NCBI RefSeq assembly: GCF_009914755.1 | Contig: NC_060935.1 | Strand: one strand, 5' to 3' | DNA: 64,000 bases | From: the human T2T-CHM13v2.0 reference genome, Homo sapiens | In this document: in pieces, positions 1 through 18,214 of the stretch | Layout of the letters: the number at the start of each line of letters is the position of its first letter | Position numbering within the stretch: position 1 is the first letter of the stretch | Made by a program: the position numbers and the translations under genes | Notes under the pieces: model-generated | The model's input: the letters and a program-made list of their open reading frames with translations, nothing else | The model's database searches: none | Told to the model about the DNA's origin: nothing

Positions 1-625
1 AAAATTTTTAAAACTTGGGTCTAGAATAGTCTTTACCCTCACGGTAGTTTTATCTTATTACTGCTAAGGTGTGGTTCTTCTGTAGTCTCTGCTAAATGCC
101 CTGAGGTTCTATGAACTCTCTTCATGCTGGCTGGCTGGAGCTTAACTATCTTCCAGCCCATGTGAGCTCTGGAAATTGTTTAGTTTACCACTCCCCAATA
201 TTTGTTGTTTTCCTGGCCTCATAGAGCTTCTGTCTGAAAATATGCAGCTTAATACTTAATAAAAGACTCAATGCAAATTTCTGGAGCTCTTTTCCTGTGT
301 AGAATTCCTGCTCTGTTGTATTCTATTTCATAAATTCCAGCTGCCCCTGCCTGCTCAAACTCTGATTTCTGCCTCCTCAATTCAGCAAGAATGCTGTGCT
401 TTGCTTGGGCTCCTTTCCTGTCTGCTGTGGCCTTGAAAATGCTTCCAGACAGAATGCCCATCCTCTTCTATAGCTCATCTAGTTTGCATCTCTTTTCTCA
501 GAGATCGCAGTCCAGCATTGCCTATTTTCTAATGTTTGAAAATAATTGTTTTTTTTTGTCCAGTTTTTAAGTTATTTACTATAGGAGGGCAAACCTGGTA
601 CCAGTTACTCCATCATGGCCATTGA
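1..625 (-). mobile_element. Old L1M (L1ME/L1MD-like) 5'-region fragment
   Basis: T-rich antisense L1 texture ending in tgtccagtttttaagttattt...ccagttactccatcatggcc, typical of old L1M 5' ends. Confidence 0.6.
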
Positions 626-659
626 TACAGGTTTAATCAGCTTACATAACAGAATTTTC

Positions 660-975
660 ATTTTGTCTGTATTTCTTTAAAGAAATCACCAGAAGAGTAC
701 AAAACCAACAAAAAATATATATGACCTCTGTATGATCACATTAATTCACTTGTCTGATAAGCCTTTTCAAACAGAAATAAGATTAGTGGATTTGACTTAT
801 TCATAATGAACCCATGCTGGCCTATAGGGATCACATCTCTTTCTCTTCGTAAGTCAGACATTTAATGACGTTTTAAGGATTTTTCCAGAGAATGTAATGT
901 TTACCATTAAGCAGGTTTTGGAATATGCTTTTTAGAAATATGAAAATATTTATCTGTTTTTGGTCTTTGGCATAA
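660..975 (-). mobile_element. L3/CR1 LINE fragment
   Basis: gatttgacttattcataatgaacccatgctggcctatagggatcac resembles the antisense CR1/L3 RT region. Confidence 0.6.
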
Positions 976-999
976 TATTTATAAATAACATTTATTTGC

Positions 1000-1255
1000 T
1001 TATGAAGTGCTTACTGTGTGCCTGGAAGCAGGCTACATGTTTTATATACCTTATCTTTTTGAGTCATCATAATACTGTGAGTTTTGAATCATTACAATAA
1101 TATGAGTTCTTCTATTATCCTCACTTAATAGTTGAAGAAATTGAGAATTCGAGATATAAAATAACATGCTTCAGGCCACATAACCAGAAAGAGATGGAGC
1201 TGAAATTTGAATCAAAGAAGTTTGATTAGAAAATACCAGTTGAACCACTGGGCTA
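1000..1255 (-). mobile_element. MIR SINE
   Basis: gtgcttactgtgtgcctgg...attatcctcacttaatagttgaagaaattgag...gagctgaaatttgaatc is the antisense MIR core. Confidence 0.7.
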
Positions 1256-1374
1256 TCCTTAACATCACCTGTCTTGAGCTTCGTGATTTCTCAGAATTTT
1301 CTTTTAACCAAAAAACTGAACTCTTTTTTTGTTTCTAAATATCATTTGAAGTACCCAAGGAATGCCGAATATGA

Positions 1375-1622
<248 letters not shown>

Positions 1623-2029
1623 GTTCAGTGTACATTGAGTATGTTTTACTGATTCATTTAATCTCTTTCTATTCTTAGGGCATTCCAGGCAAATGGAATA
1701 ATATGAAAAACAGCAAAAGAAGCATGAAGCTGCAGAACTTATTAGTTCAAATGCAATATGGGGATGTTTTGTAGCAACATCACATGGATGTTGAGAGGGT
1801 TGAAAGGAAGGAAACACATTTTACTACATAAGGGACTAGTAATGAGAATGTATGTTTAAAGTTCATAGATATATTTGGTACAACCATGACTACAACACCT
1901 GAATAAATTTAATTAATGCTTTTCCTGTGAAGAACATATAGTACTTGAGTATATCATAAAATACTATTGTTAGTGGTTTCAGGAGGGAGAATCATTCACC
2001 AAACAAGACAGACAAGAAAATCATGAGGA

Positions 2030-2810
2030 TAAGAGCTGGACAAGTGTGATGTGTTGTTGGTAGAGGACACCCAAAGGAGGGAGAGATCAGACTCACTTGT
2101 TTATTTAAAGATGAGTAAGAATTTGCCTGACAGATGGGAATCATGACAGCTGGAGAGAGGATGTTCTAGGCAAATGGAACAATATGTATAACAACATAGA
2201 GGCATGAAACAGACCACATTCTCTTTGATCAGTAATGTAACATATATATGAATGTGTACATTCAAATAAGTTTAAAATCTTAGTGCTCTCCTCCAAAGAG
2301 TTTATAACATAATTGAATAGATAATGTGCAAGTATGGGAAGAAAATGTTAATACTATGTGATAATGGTCTGATAAGTATCTGTTGAATAAATGAATGATA
2401 AATGAATGAATGTCAGCGTGTGCTAAATGCCAAATGACTAATGCTACTGGTAGGATCTCCAGGAGGACAGGGCAGGGGATGCTCACTTTTGCATGATATG
2501 ATTTGGAGAGTCCTTGATGGAGAAGTGGGGATTGATCCAGACTTTGAAGGGTGGGTAGAAGTTGGATAAATGGATGAGGGAAGGTGCCCCAAGGGAGTGA
2601 AGAACAGCATCAGCAGAAGTAAGCAGGAGAGAGGGGTGTTATCAGGGAGGGAAGGATGAATGTGGAGGAGCTAGGACCAAAAGGTGGGCATCCCCAGATC
2701 ATAATGGGCCACGAATCATAGGCTGATTTTGAACTTTGTTTTGTTGGTTGTTGGGGAATCCTAAAGGGTTCTGAGCATGGAACTGACAGGATAAAAGTAA
2801 TTTTTAGTCA
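2030..2810. mobile_element. L2 LINE fragments
   Basis: gatgagtaagaatttgcc...ttctaggcaaatggaac, the L2 3' tail tgttgaataaatgaatga, and purine-rich antisense L2 segments. Confidence 0.55.
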
Positions 2811-2836
2811 TTATGGACAAACGTGAATTATACAAC

Positions 2837-3110
2837 AGCCAAGCACGGTGTCTCATGCCTGTAATCCCAACACTGCGGGAGGTAGAGGCAGGCAGATCAC
2901 TTGAGTCCAGGAGTTCGAGACCAGCCTGGTCAACATGGTGAAACTTTGTTTCTGCTGAAAATAGAAAAAAGTTAGCCAGGCGTGGTGACACACACCTGTA
3001 ATCCCAGCTCTTGGACCCGGGAGGCAGAGGTTGCAGTGAGCTGAGATCATGCCACTGCACTCCAGCGTGGGTGACACAGCGAGACTCTCTCTCTAAATAA
3101 ATAAATAAAT
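2837..3110 (+). mobile_element. AluS with an internal deletion of about 30 nt in the right arm
   Basis: Dimeric Alu with (TAAA)n tail; aatcccagctcttggacccggg lacks actcgggaggctgaggcaggagaatcg. Confidence 0.95.
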
Positions 3111-3547
3111 TTATGAAACTTTTTTTTTCCACAGTTCTTTAGCACCTACTGAGTGCCATACACAGGGTATTCCAAGATAAGTAAGACCCATTTCTTGCTT
3201 TTAAGGAACTTTGAAAGTGAAAGTGATGGTTGAGAAGAATTAATTTGGCAGTGATGAGAAGAGTGTATTGGAGGGAGAGAGAGGCAGAGAGAGCAGTTAT
3301 GAAGCAATTAAGGTAATTTAGGCACTAGCACCTAGTGAGGTGGGATGTGGGGTGAGGCAGGGGTGGGAGACATAGGAAATAGGAAACAATGGATGGATAT
3401 TGGGGCCCTCACAGAGGGAGAAATGACAGGTCTTGGGACTGACAAAAGATGGCAGACAGTTGAGAGCCAACAGAGCACCAAGCTTTCTAGCTTCAGTGGT
3501 TAGAATGGTGGTGGTACCAATGGCGAGAATTCAGAGTCGAAATGTAC

Positions 3548-3629
3548 TGAGCATTCATTATATGCCAGAGGATGTAGTGAGCATTCACTATATGCCAGAG
3601 GATGTAGTGAGGATGTAGTGAGGATACAG
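3548..3629 (+). repeat. Local tandem duplication: 2 x 30 bp plus 2 x 11 bp
   Basis: tgagcattcaYtatatgccagaggatgtag twice, then tgaggatgtag and tgaggatacag. Confidence 0.9.
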
Positions 3630-3775
3630 CGGTGAATAGAAACAAGGCCTCTACTGTATTCTAAATAGAGAATATATGGATCTCATATTGTAGAGGAAGA
3701 CAGACCATCACTCTTACTCCTTGCTGTACTTTATTCTCCATCCTGCCACTGCCTGGCATCTGATATCCTCTGCTT

Positions 3776-4200
3776 CAGTGTTGTTCAAGAGAAATATAAG
3801 GAGAGCCACGTTTGTAACTGAAAATATTCTAGTGGTCACATAAAAATGTAAGAAGAAATAGGTGAAATGATTTTTATTACAATATCTTATTTCACTCAAC
3901 ATATCCAAAACATTATCATTTTAACATTCAATCGATATTAAAAGCTTATTATAAGATTTTTTACATTCCTTTTTTTATACGGAGTTTCTGAAATTCAGTG
4001 TGTATTTTAAAACTTGTAACACTTCTTAATTTGGAAGCTAAATGTTCAATGTTTAAAGGAAAATGTAGCCCTATCAAAACAAAGTAGTTGTGTTTAACAA
4101 AAAAATATTTCACACGGTTTTAGTTCTTTAGTTGCACCAGACACGTCTCAAATTGTCCAGAGGCGCATTGGCTGGTGGCTACCATATTGGACCACACAGC
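3776..4200. mobile_element. hAT-Charlie non-autonomous DNA transposon (MER33/Charlie1-like)
   Basis: Ends cagtgttgttcaagagaaat... and ...ggctggtggctaccatattggaccacacag match MER3/MER33-type termini. Confidence 0.75.
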
Positions 4201-4319
4201 TGTCTATTATCTGGCCCCTCTTTATTCTAGCTTAGGTTTCATTATGTCATCAGGCATAGGGCACAAGTGTCCCTGGTAATCAGGCAGGTTCCTGCATTAT
4301 ACCATAAACACAGCACAAT

Positions 4320-4465
4320 AATTGAGGCTCAGCTTCCTCATCTGTCAAATGGAAACTAAAAATTCTTGTCTCATAGGGAAGTTGTGGGGAGCCAATCATA
4401 TTACATGTGTGAAATCACCTACAACAGTGTTGGGGAATAGTAGATGTCAGCAAATATTAGTTTAT
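4320..4465 (+). mobile_element. MIR SINE
   Basis: ctcagcttcctcatctgtcaaatgg...tcatagggaagttgtg MIR core. Confidence 0.75.
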
Positions 4466-6354
4466 TTTCCTCCTTCTATCTCATAGATAGATGTCATACA
4501 TTTTTTAAGGATTCACTTAATCGCAATTTTTCGTAACATTGTACACAGTTGCTCTGAACATCTACTCATCTCTAGAATTTGTTCCCTACGGTTTGGCCCT
4601 TAGTCATGGCCACAGTTTTGCCATTTGCATTTTGTGATAATTTTTAGTCTTGTTTTTCCAACATCACTGGGATTCCTTCAGGTCAGGACCTGAAGGTCCT
4701 CTCCTTCCTTCTCAGATGTTTTCTGCAGTGCCGAATTCACAGTTCAAAATCAATACATGTATTCATATTTTGTGATTGACTGATTGATTGAGATTGTCTC
4801 TAAAGTATTCTTAGTGACCAGGGAAATTCCATTTGGATTTTAAAAATTAATTGTAGATAATAGACTTTGTGAATCCAGTGGCAAATGAATAATTAAGGTT
4901 TGGCTGTGATTTGCCCTCATATGGCATTCATCAATTTCAAGTTACTTTATGTTAAAATTTGTCATAAATTAATTTTGGGGAGTGAAATATGATTACATTT
5001 CAAAACTCTTGAAAGATAAAGGAGAAAAAAATCCCTCTGTAAACTTATCACAGTCCTTACAAAATTTTTAACTCAATTCAAGTTACTCTAATATTATATT
5101 ATTGATACAATAAATTATATTGATAGGTTGCTAGGTAGAAAATAGGTTACTGTCTTCTTTTTGCAGATGGTGAAACTGAGGCTCAGGGATTCAAGAAAGT
5201 TGTGCAATTTGACATCAGAAATCAGGGTGAAGACACATGAGGAAGGTGGGTGTCTTGATAGTTTCTCCCAGCATGGTGCCCACAGGTTATGTTAGAACAC
5301 TTACCTCCCAGAATCACTGGTTTGAGCTTTCATGACTGATAGGAATTAAAATTCAAGGGTTTACCAAGAAATTGCGTTGCCTTATTTTCATTGCGTGTTT
5401 AGTTGCCTTCTAGTATTATGTCAAAGTTTCTTAACATCAATAGAAAGAGAAGAATTTGCAAAAACCAAATGACTACGGCATTCAGTTGCATCCTTATAAG
5501 GGACCTGGATTCAGCTAGATCGTTGAGGCTTTGTTAGACCTTAAGCAGCATTGACAGTTTAAATTCGAGATTTCAACCCTTCCATAAGGCTGTTAAACTA
5601 GCCAGAAAATCTGGAGCATTTGAGAAATTCCACAGATTGAGGGGACACAAATGGACTGAAAGGAACCCAATTCTGGAGCTCAGGACCCAGGTGGAGGTGG
5701 AAGCAGGAGAGCAGTACCAGGGGTGCCAAGGCTCTGAGCTCCTCACATGACAGGGCTCCTTGAGCTCAGCTCTGTCCATTCCCACAATGCACCTGGTCCT
5801 TCCCATAGAATGGATCTTAGTATTTTGAGTGAGAGTCAGGAGAATATTATACTAGAGTCATCTTGCTGTCCTGTGTGGAATACACTGGGTTGCCCATTTA
5901 GTGAGTGTTTAAGTGCCTGTAGCATGCACACAATGTGCAGAGGGTTCAGAAACAGATTCAGAGAACATCAGAGGTGGAAGGCATCCTTACGCACTTTGTA
6001 GAGACGTCATGGGACTTGGAGCACTTCTGGGATTTGCTCAAGTCTTCTAACTAACCAGCCCAGTGCCATTTGAATAATCCCAGGTGTCCTATTTCAGTAG
6101 ATTTTGATTTGCCCCACCTTTGTCCAAGTTTACAGTTTTCTGTTTATAATCATCGAGCAGGGCCCCAGGTTTCCTGTCTACAAAGGGGATAGAAGTGGAG
6201 TAAACTCCAGACAAAAAGGCCGTTTCCTACCCACTTGGACCTTCTGATGCCCTCCAAATCTATTTTTACACTTTTATATTATAACTTTTGTTTTCCAGTG
6301 GTTTCTTCTGCATCCCTATAGCCTTCTTGCCAGGAATCGAGTCCCAAGGATTCT

Positions 6355-8147
<1,793 letters not shown>

Positions 8148-8949
8148 CCAAGGATTCTAATGGGAGTCCACTGGACACTTTATCCCAATGTAGCTTAAAT
8201 ATTATGACAACGGTCTTTTGCTATCGGAGGAGGTCACGAACTTAAAGAATGTGGTCCCAGATGAGCAGGCATTATTATAGTCACCTTCTGTCAGGGTGAG
8301 GGAGAGGACAGAGAGGGGAACCAGCCAGTTCAGAGACACCCAGCAAATCAGGATGGACTGCCCTCAAGTGCACACCCCTGTGTACTTGCTCCCATAGGGA
8401 AATGACAGTGACCTAGACCTCCAGGGCTCAGGATTCAGGCTGTCCAGAGCACTCATGGTCTCTCCGCATGCCTCTTCTCTCTCACCCTCCAGAAAGCTTT
8501 CAAACAGCTCAAGTTTCACTGCGGGTTGGAGTGGGAGGCAGGCTGGCCTGGCTGCAGCAGTAATTTGTCTGGTTTACTAGGTCAGTTTCCTGTCAGGCTC
8601 ACTGTGGTTTAAAATTATTGTGGAGCCCGGTTTCTTATTGACAGAGGCTTTATAAGCCCCCAGTATGTCTGTCCCTGCTTCCATCCCGCAGGGAGCAGCT
8701 TGTCCATAACCTTTCCAGGCATTGCTTCTATTATTGAGGGCTAGATATTGTTTTCCTGGGTGACCTGTGATGTAGTACAGTACCACGGCTTTGAATTCCA
8801 CATTTTGGGGCCTAAAGAAGGGTTGATGCTGACTTTCCTTAGCTCCATTTCTGGTGAAACACTGCAACACAATTTCTTTTTTTGAAGGAAATCTCACTTG
8901 ATTTGTAAATGCAGCCTATTGTCTTATTCTTCCTCCTTTACCTATATGC

Positions 8950-9235
8950 TGGCTTGTCTGGCAGTCATCAGCCACATGTAGCTATTGCACACTTGACATG
9001 GGGCCAGTTCAAATTCAGATGTCCTCTATGTACAACAAAGCATGTAAAATAGCTCATGAAAAATTTTTATATTGACTGTATGTTGAGATGATAATATTTT
9101 AATATATTGGCATTAAAAAACCATTAATTTCACCTGTTTCCTTTTGCTTTGTGAATGTGGCTAATTTGTGTTAAATGTGGAAAATGTTTAACTTACACGT
9201 GTGGCTCCCATGAAGTTTCTGTTGAACAGCATTGA
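8950..9235. mobile_element. hAT-Charlie MITE (MER33/MER3-like)
   Basis: agccacatgtagctattgcacacttgacatg...ttacacgtgtggctcccat...ttgaacagcattg. Confidence 0.75.
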
Positions 9236-10399
9236 TCTACATCAGTTTATTTTCTCTAAAATGCCAACGGCTTTTGTAATCCTACTACTATTTGAAAGAC
9301 CAGGGTTCAACTCCTGGTTCCTAGATCACTAGTTTGTCATCTCCAGCAAGTTGCTGCCCTATACTTAGCTTCAGATTCTTCACCGATTGCTAATTTAACA
9401 CTGCCCACGCTACCAATCTCTCATGGAATTTTATAGGTGGAAGGGAATCTTTTGAAATGCATAGCACTGGCTGTAAGGAATTAGAATGATCGTTAGGTGG
9501 TAACAGCTGCCATCTCTAATAGAGGATCCAGTACATCCAGGATTATTCCTCATCTTCCACTTCGTGCAAGGAGAAAACTGTGAGAAACTTTTTCTTCCTA
9601 AAAGTTAAGAACAGCAGTTTGAGAGGCTTAGACTGTCCTTTGGTTAACAGTTCCCAAAACAGATCTGAATAGGTAAAAACAAAGAGGCCATCCAATTGGA
9701 TGAGGAAAGACTGAAAGTTGCTGGCATTTCATTTCCTTTGTTCTCATTCTTGGTCATCAGAATAGAAACTGATGGGCAGTGAGTGGGGTGGACGGCCTCT
9801 GCAAAGTGGCCTGATCAGATTCCTGAGCATCTAGGTCATTGGGCAGGATGGCGCCTGGCTGGAGCCACCGTTGCTCTCTTCTGACCTTGAAAGGTGTGAC
9901 AAGTGGATCTGCATTCATTGCTCTGTGAGCCTCTATTGAGTATCTATGATGTGCTGGGCATTGACCTGATCTTTATGAGAATTTGGTAAGCCTGCAAAGG
10001 AGTAAGTAGTGGAAATGAGAAAAAGTGTGTGTTTGATATTAATCAACAATGACAACAATCAAACAAACTAGAGACAGGAAAGAATGTAAGATACTCTTCC
10101 CTTCCTGTATTTTTTTGCTTCTTTTATTCAGAGACCCTGACACTTACGGTTCTTTGGAAATGAATGTAGGAATGAGTGAATGAGTTGTTTATATCAAAAT
10201 AGACATATTTATTTGTAAAATAAAACCATTTTGGTGTTGTGATTATCTTTTAAGTTCCCAAATAAGGTGCTCGAAGATGTTAGGTATCAGTTTGGAGCAA
10301 AGAGGGAATCAATAAATACTTGATGATTTAAAAGTTAACTGATAATGTCGCATACCAGAGAAGGAGGATTCACCCTCTGTTTATCTGATGTCATAGATT

Positions 10400-11460
<1,061 letters not shown>

Positions 11461-11493
11461 AATTGATCTAAATTAATAATTCATTGCTCTGGA

Positions 11494-12356
<863 letters not shown>

Positions 12357-12597
12357 TTAGACCTTTAGAGAAGAGACCCTAGAGACTCTTTTCTACTCTT
12401 TAGTTTTATAGATGAGGAAACTGTGCTTCAGGGACATTATCATAGAGACTGTGGTCCAACCAAGAGCTGAATTCAGATCTCCCGGCTCCCTACCCTAGTA
12501 TTCTTTTGCCACAAATATCACCTTTCTCTAGGGAAGCCAACCCCAGCAGACAAGGTTTCCTTAGTTTCCTCTGTTTGGCTCCAAATCCTGGTTAGAC

Positions 12598-12820
12598 CAC
12601 AGATTGAAAAACTATGGTTCATGGGCAAAATCCAGCCTACTGCCTTTTCTTGTACATGCAGTTTCATTGAAATACAGCCATGCCTATTTGCTTACTCACT
12701 GCCTATGCTGCTTTTCTGCTACAAGGGGAGAGTAGAGTCGATGCAATGAACCCTATGGACCATGGAGCCTGCAATATTTACCATCTGGCCCTTTACAAGA
12801 GCAGTGAGCTGACACCTGGC
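12598..12820. mobile_element. MER58A-like hAT MITE
   Basis: aaactatggttcatgggcaaaatccagcctactgcc...aatatttaccatctggccctttacaag. Confidence 0.8.
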
Positions 12821-13141
12821 TTCAACCTACAGTTTGATGTGCTCTCTTGCCTCAACTGTGCTTTGATACTTCACATTCCAACTGTGGTGCTGAGGGGCAC
12901 AATAGCACTCTTGTTTCAGGGACTGTGCATCAGCTGCTCCTGTTCTCAGGAATACTGGGCCCCCCACCCCCACTCCTATGATTTCACAGAGCTTTCCCTG
13001 CTTCACTCCTTTCCCCATGTCCAGTGTATGTGCTCCTAATGTGTGCCCTGTTCATGTATTGTGCCCACCCCGAATAGCACTAGTTATGTTGTACTGTAAT
13101 TGAGTTACTTGTTTGTCTCTCATATTATATATAAACACTCC

Positions 13142-13577
<436 letters not shown>

Positions 13578-13967
13578 TTATCCTCAGTGGCCACTGTCTT
13601 GACATCCTGGTCTTTGTGCCTTTTGGTTTAGGGACAGCCATCACTACCCAGCCCCCCTTCATGTGTTTCCAGGAAATAATTTGGTGAACTCATCCTTAAA
13701 TGACTGATATAGATTAATAGAAGTGCTACAAGAGCAGAAACCTTATACATATTATTTACCCCATCTATCTATTCCCCAGCACTGTGCATTGTATAGAATG
13801 TTTAGTAGATATTTGCTAAATAAATTAATGTTTATAGTAGTGCAATTTCGAATTAGGCCAAAGAAACACATCTCTAATTGTGGAATTTCTTGTGTCAGGG
13901 TGCTTAGTTGGGGAATATTTTTGGAAATAAGATGTCTTGGAATTTTTTAAAAAAATTGACACATAAT

Positions 13968-14640
<673 letters not shown>

Positions 14641-15674
14641 CATTGTGTTTCTGAAATATCACTAATTCCAAGACGTCCCATCCCATCTAACTGTAACTGA
14701 CCCATCAGGGTAGTTTTGGCATCTCCGGTGTCAGTGTAGATGATTGGAAATGTTAGTGTAACATGAATGAGGAGAGGTATGAAAACCCAGAGAAAGCAAG
14801 TATTTTGTGAGAAAGAGTCTGCTATCTTTGTAGCTCCCATAGTTCAAAATTCTTTCACCCCCAAAGTGCAGAAGTTAGTATTTTTCAATGTTTATAAGTA
14901 GCTGTGACAGTTCAGCTTCTGAACTCCAGTCCTAGCTTTGCTCTGGGACCACTACTGCTGGCTCTGGCTAAGAAAGAGACTCAGTGTCCCAGGTGCTGTG
15001 AGCCCTGAAAGCTTGTTCTCAGGGACATGGCCCTGTCGGGGGCCAGCCCCCATTTTCTTTTATCAGTGCCTAGGGGCTTTCGGTGTTTGCTAGAGATTTG
15101 GGCTGCTCCCAGCTATGGAGGATACTGGAAGGTGCCACATGCTACTGTCCAATATTCTATTTTTCTAATACTAGGCTTCTGTATTTTCCCAGTGCCCTGA
15201 TGTTGTGTTTTCAATGTGGGGATGGAGCCTGTATTGATAAAGAGATCTTACTACCCCCATTCAAAGTACCAGAGAATTTGGATATCTCTCACAAGTTTTT
15301 ATTTTTATTTTTCCAGCCTTTCGAAGGGCTGGAGAGCTGATCCAGTTACCACTCTTACATTTTTCCAGTTATCAGCTCAGAGAGGGCTCATGAAAGAGAG
15401 GGAGGGCAGGTAGGGAAAGTGAGAAAAATAACAAGCATTGCCTTCCACATCTAAAATGTTTTAGCTTTGCTTCCCTGCCGGGCTGAGGCTGGGAAGGACA
15501 AGCTCGATTAGCTCTAATAAAATCCTCTTCCTACAAGTCTTGATTCTCGGTAACTTTTCTTGGGTGGAGGGGACATGATAGATTCTCTTTAGATTTAAAG
15601 CCTCTTGCCCTGTGGGCATCCAATACCAAGACCCTTTCTTTCCCATGCACAGCCCCCTTATCTAGCCTGCTTGA

Positions 15675-15985
<311 letters not shown>

Positions 15986-16003
15986 GAAAAAAATACTTTA
16001 TTC

Positions 16004-16312
16004 TTTTTTTTTTTTTTTTTTTTTTTTTTTTGAGACAGAGTCTCGCTCTGTCACCCAAAGCAGTGGAGAGCAGTGGCATGATCTTGGCTCTGCAAGCTCC
16101 GCCTCCCAGGTTCATGCCATTCTTCTGCCTCAGCCTCCCTAGTAGCTGGGACTACAGGCACCTGTTACCATGCCTGGATAATTTTTTTGTATTTTTAGTA
16201 GAGACGGTTTCACCGTGTTAGCCAGGATGGTCTCGATCTCCTGACCTTGTGATCTGCCCGCTTCAGCCTCCTAAAGTGCTGGGATTACAGGTGTGAGCCA
16301 CTGCACCCAGCC
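16004..16312 (-). mobile_element. AluY-like
   Basis: gcaagctccgcctcc, ttagccaggatggtctcgatctcctgacc; TSD aatactttaYtc. Confidence 0.93.
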
Positions 16313-16479
16313 AATACTTTACTCTTGACTCTCCATAGCTCTAGTCCCTCCTGCCCAAGCATTGGTGCAGATTATCTGAGGTGATTTGGTTTTGACCTCC
16401 CAATGCCTTGTTTCCCTGGGCATCCAGCCCACCTGGGCCTAAGCCCATAAGGTCTTCATAAAATATCCAGGTGGTCTGG

Positions 16480-17620
16480 CCTGCTGGATATTCCATAAAT
16501 GGCCCTTAAATAAAGATGGTACCATTGGCTAAAATAATGTACCACGTCAGGGCAGGGAAATTGTGTAAGTGCCAAAAACTTCCCGGCCCACAGGGCGACT
16601 ACAGCTCTCATCCCTTTTGGAACATACCACCAGCCTAGGGATGGGCTGTGACGAATATTTGGCCTCAGGCAACGCTGGAGCCCAGGGAAAGCTTTAGTTG
16701 CATGTGTGTTTTCTCACAGAATTATAAAGCCCAGCAGCTCTCGGTGCCAGAGGCTGCGGAGAGTTTCTGTGTTTTTCGACTATTCATTAGTGATTACATA
16801 CCCCCCTGAACACCTGCAAGACCAATTCATAAAGCAAGCATTCATGGACTTTGGCAACAGCTTCATGGGAACTGCAGGGTACGGGGTACGGTCATTGTAT
16901 CTCCAGATAAAAAACATTCTCTTACCAAGGAGGCCTCTGAAAATAGCAGGCTGCAATTTCAGTTCGACACCACGGGGTATTAAAAAGAAAAGTGTTACTT
17001 CACCTCGTCTCTTTATAAAGTCAGCACACTGTGAGGCTGTGGCATTCCTCGACAAATCCTCTTTCAGGACCCTTTCGGGAATGAGAAGAGGGGAGTGGTG
17101 GGCACTGCATTGATTGTGACGGGGCCAGCCCGGCCGTGGGTACGTGTGGCATGCTCTCCAGCGAGTGACACTGATTTACAGCAGGATAACAGGAAGTGTG
17201 GAGCTTGGGTGGCCTGCTGTGTAATTCTGGGTGACAGATTGCCCCTGCCACTTACAAAAACGGTGCTATAATTAATCCAAACAGGCCAACAATAATAAAC
17301 AACGAAAAAATAATATCTTTATACAAAATATGGGATTGACCTTTAGTATGATTCTTTTTCACCTTAATTTTTTTTTCTTTTGCGTGCTCTCTGTTAAATA
17401 ACAGAATGGCAGGGCCTGGAAGAGTATGGCTCGGAAAGACAATGCCGGAACATCGTGGCAGCTAAGTCTGAGCTGAATGCGCAGAATGAGAGGTTTACTC
17501 AGAAGTCCTGCGAGGACCATTGCACAGACTAGGGAAGCTGAGTCTTGTCTGGGCATCTGAAAACAAATGTATTTTGTCTGTAGAGGCAACATGAAGTTTA
17601 ATTTGATTCTATCAGATGAG
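16480..17620. promoter_or_regulatory. Candidate enhancer (repeat-free, CpG-retaining, HOX/PBX/MEIS/ETS motifs)
   Basis: TGATTTAC 17172-17179, CAGGAAGTG 17190-17198, TGACAG 17232-17237, several (C/T)ATAAA sites, ACGTCA half-CRE; more CpGs than the flanks. Confidence 0.45.
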
Positions 17621-17656
17621 ATTGGCCTGCCTAGAGAATTGAGCAGTTTTTCTTGA

Positions 17657-17684
<28 letters not shown>
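17657..17684 (+). repeat. (GT)n microsatellite
   Basis: About 14 GT units. Confidence 0.95.
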
Positions 17685-17687
<3 letters not shown>

Positions 17688-18214
17688 GGGGGGCTCCAAC
17701 TCTCCCTCTCCCCTCTGCTCTGCCAGTATAGACAGCCTCCAGTGCTCAATTAGCCTCCTGAAGTGCTTCATTCTCTGATAACAGCTTAGACACTAGGAGA
17801 AACGGTGTTCACAGTGTGTTTCATCCTCGCACGTATAAACACACATAGTCACAAACTCATTTAGGTTAGAAAGGACTTTTAATGGGACATCTGGCTCTCT
17901 TCCACTGCTTCCTGTCGAGGCAAAGTAGGTTCCCTTGTTAATATGTATACTCTAGCAATCACACCATGGCTAGGGTCTGTGGCTATATAGAATTATGTTT
18001 TGTCTTTTGTTATTGATTCAACTAGTGCAAGGGGGCAAAAGTCAAACCTAAGAAATCATAGTCAGAATTTCCATTTACATGGAAGGAGTGGGGAAGCTTA
18101 AATGCTGGGCAAAAAAGGGAAGATGTGGCCAAAAACTCAGTGAAGAGAGGATGATGGTGACAGTGATGACATGATGTATAAATGTAGTAAAAATCTCACT
18201 CTTTTTTAGTTGGG

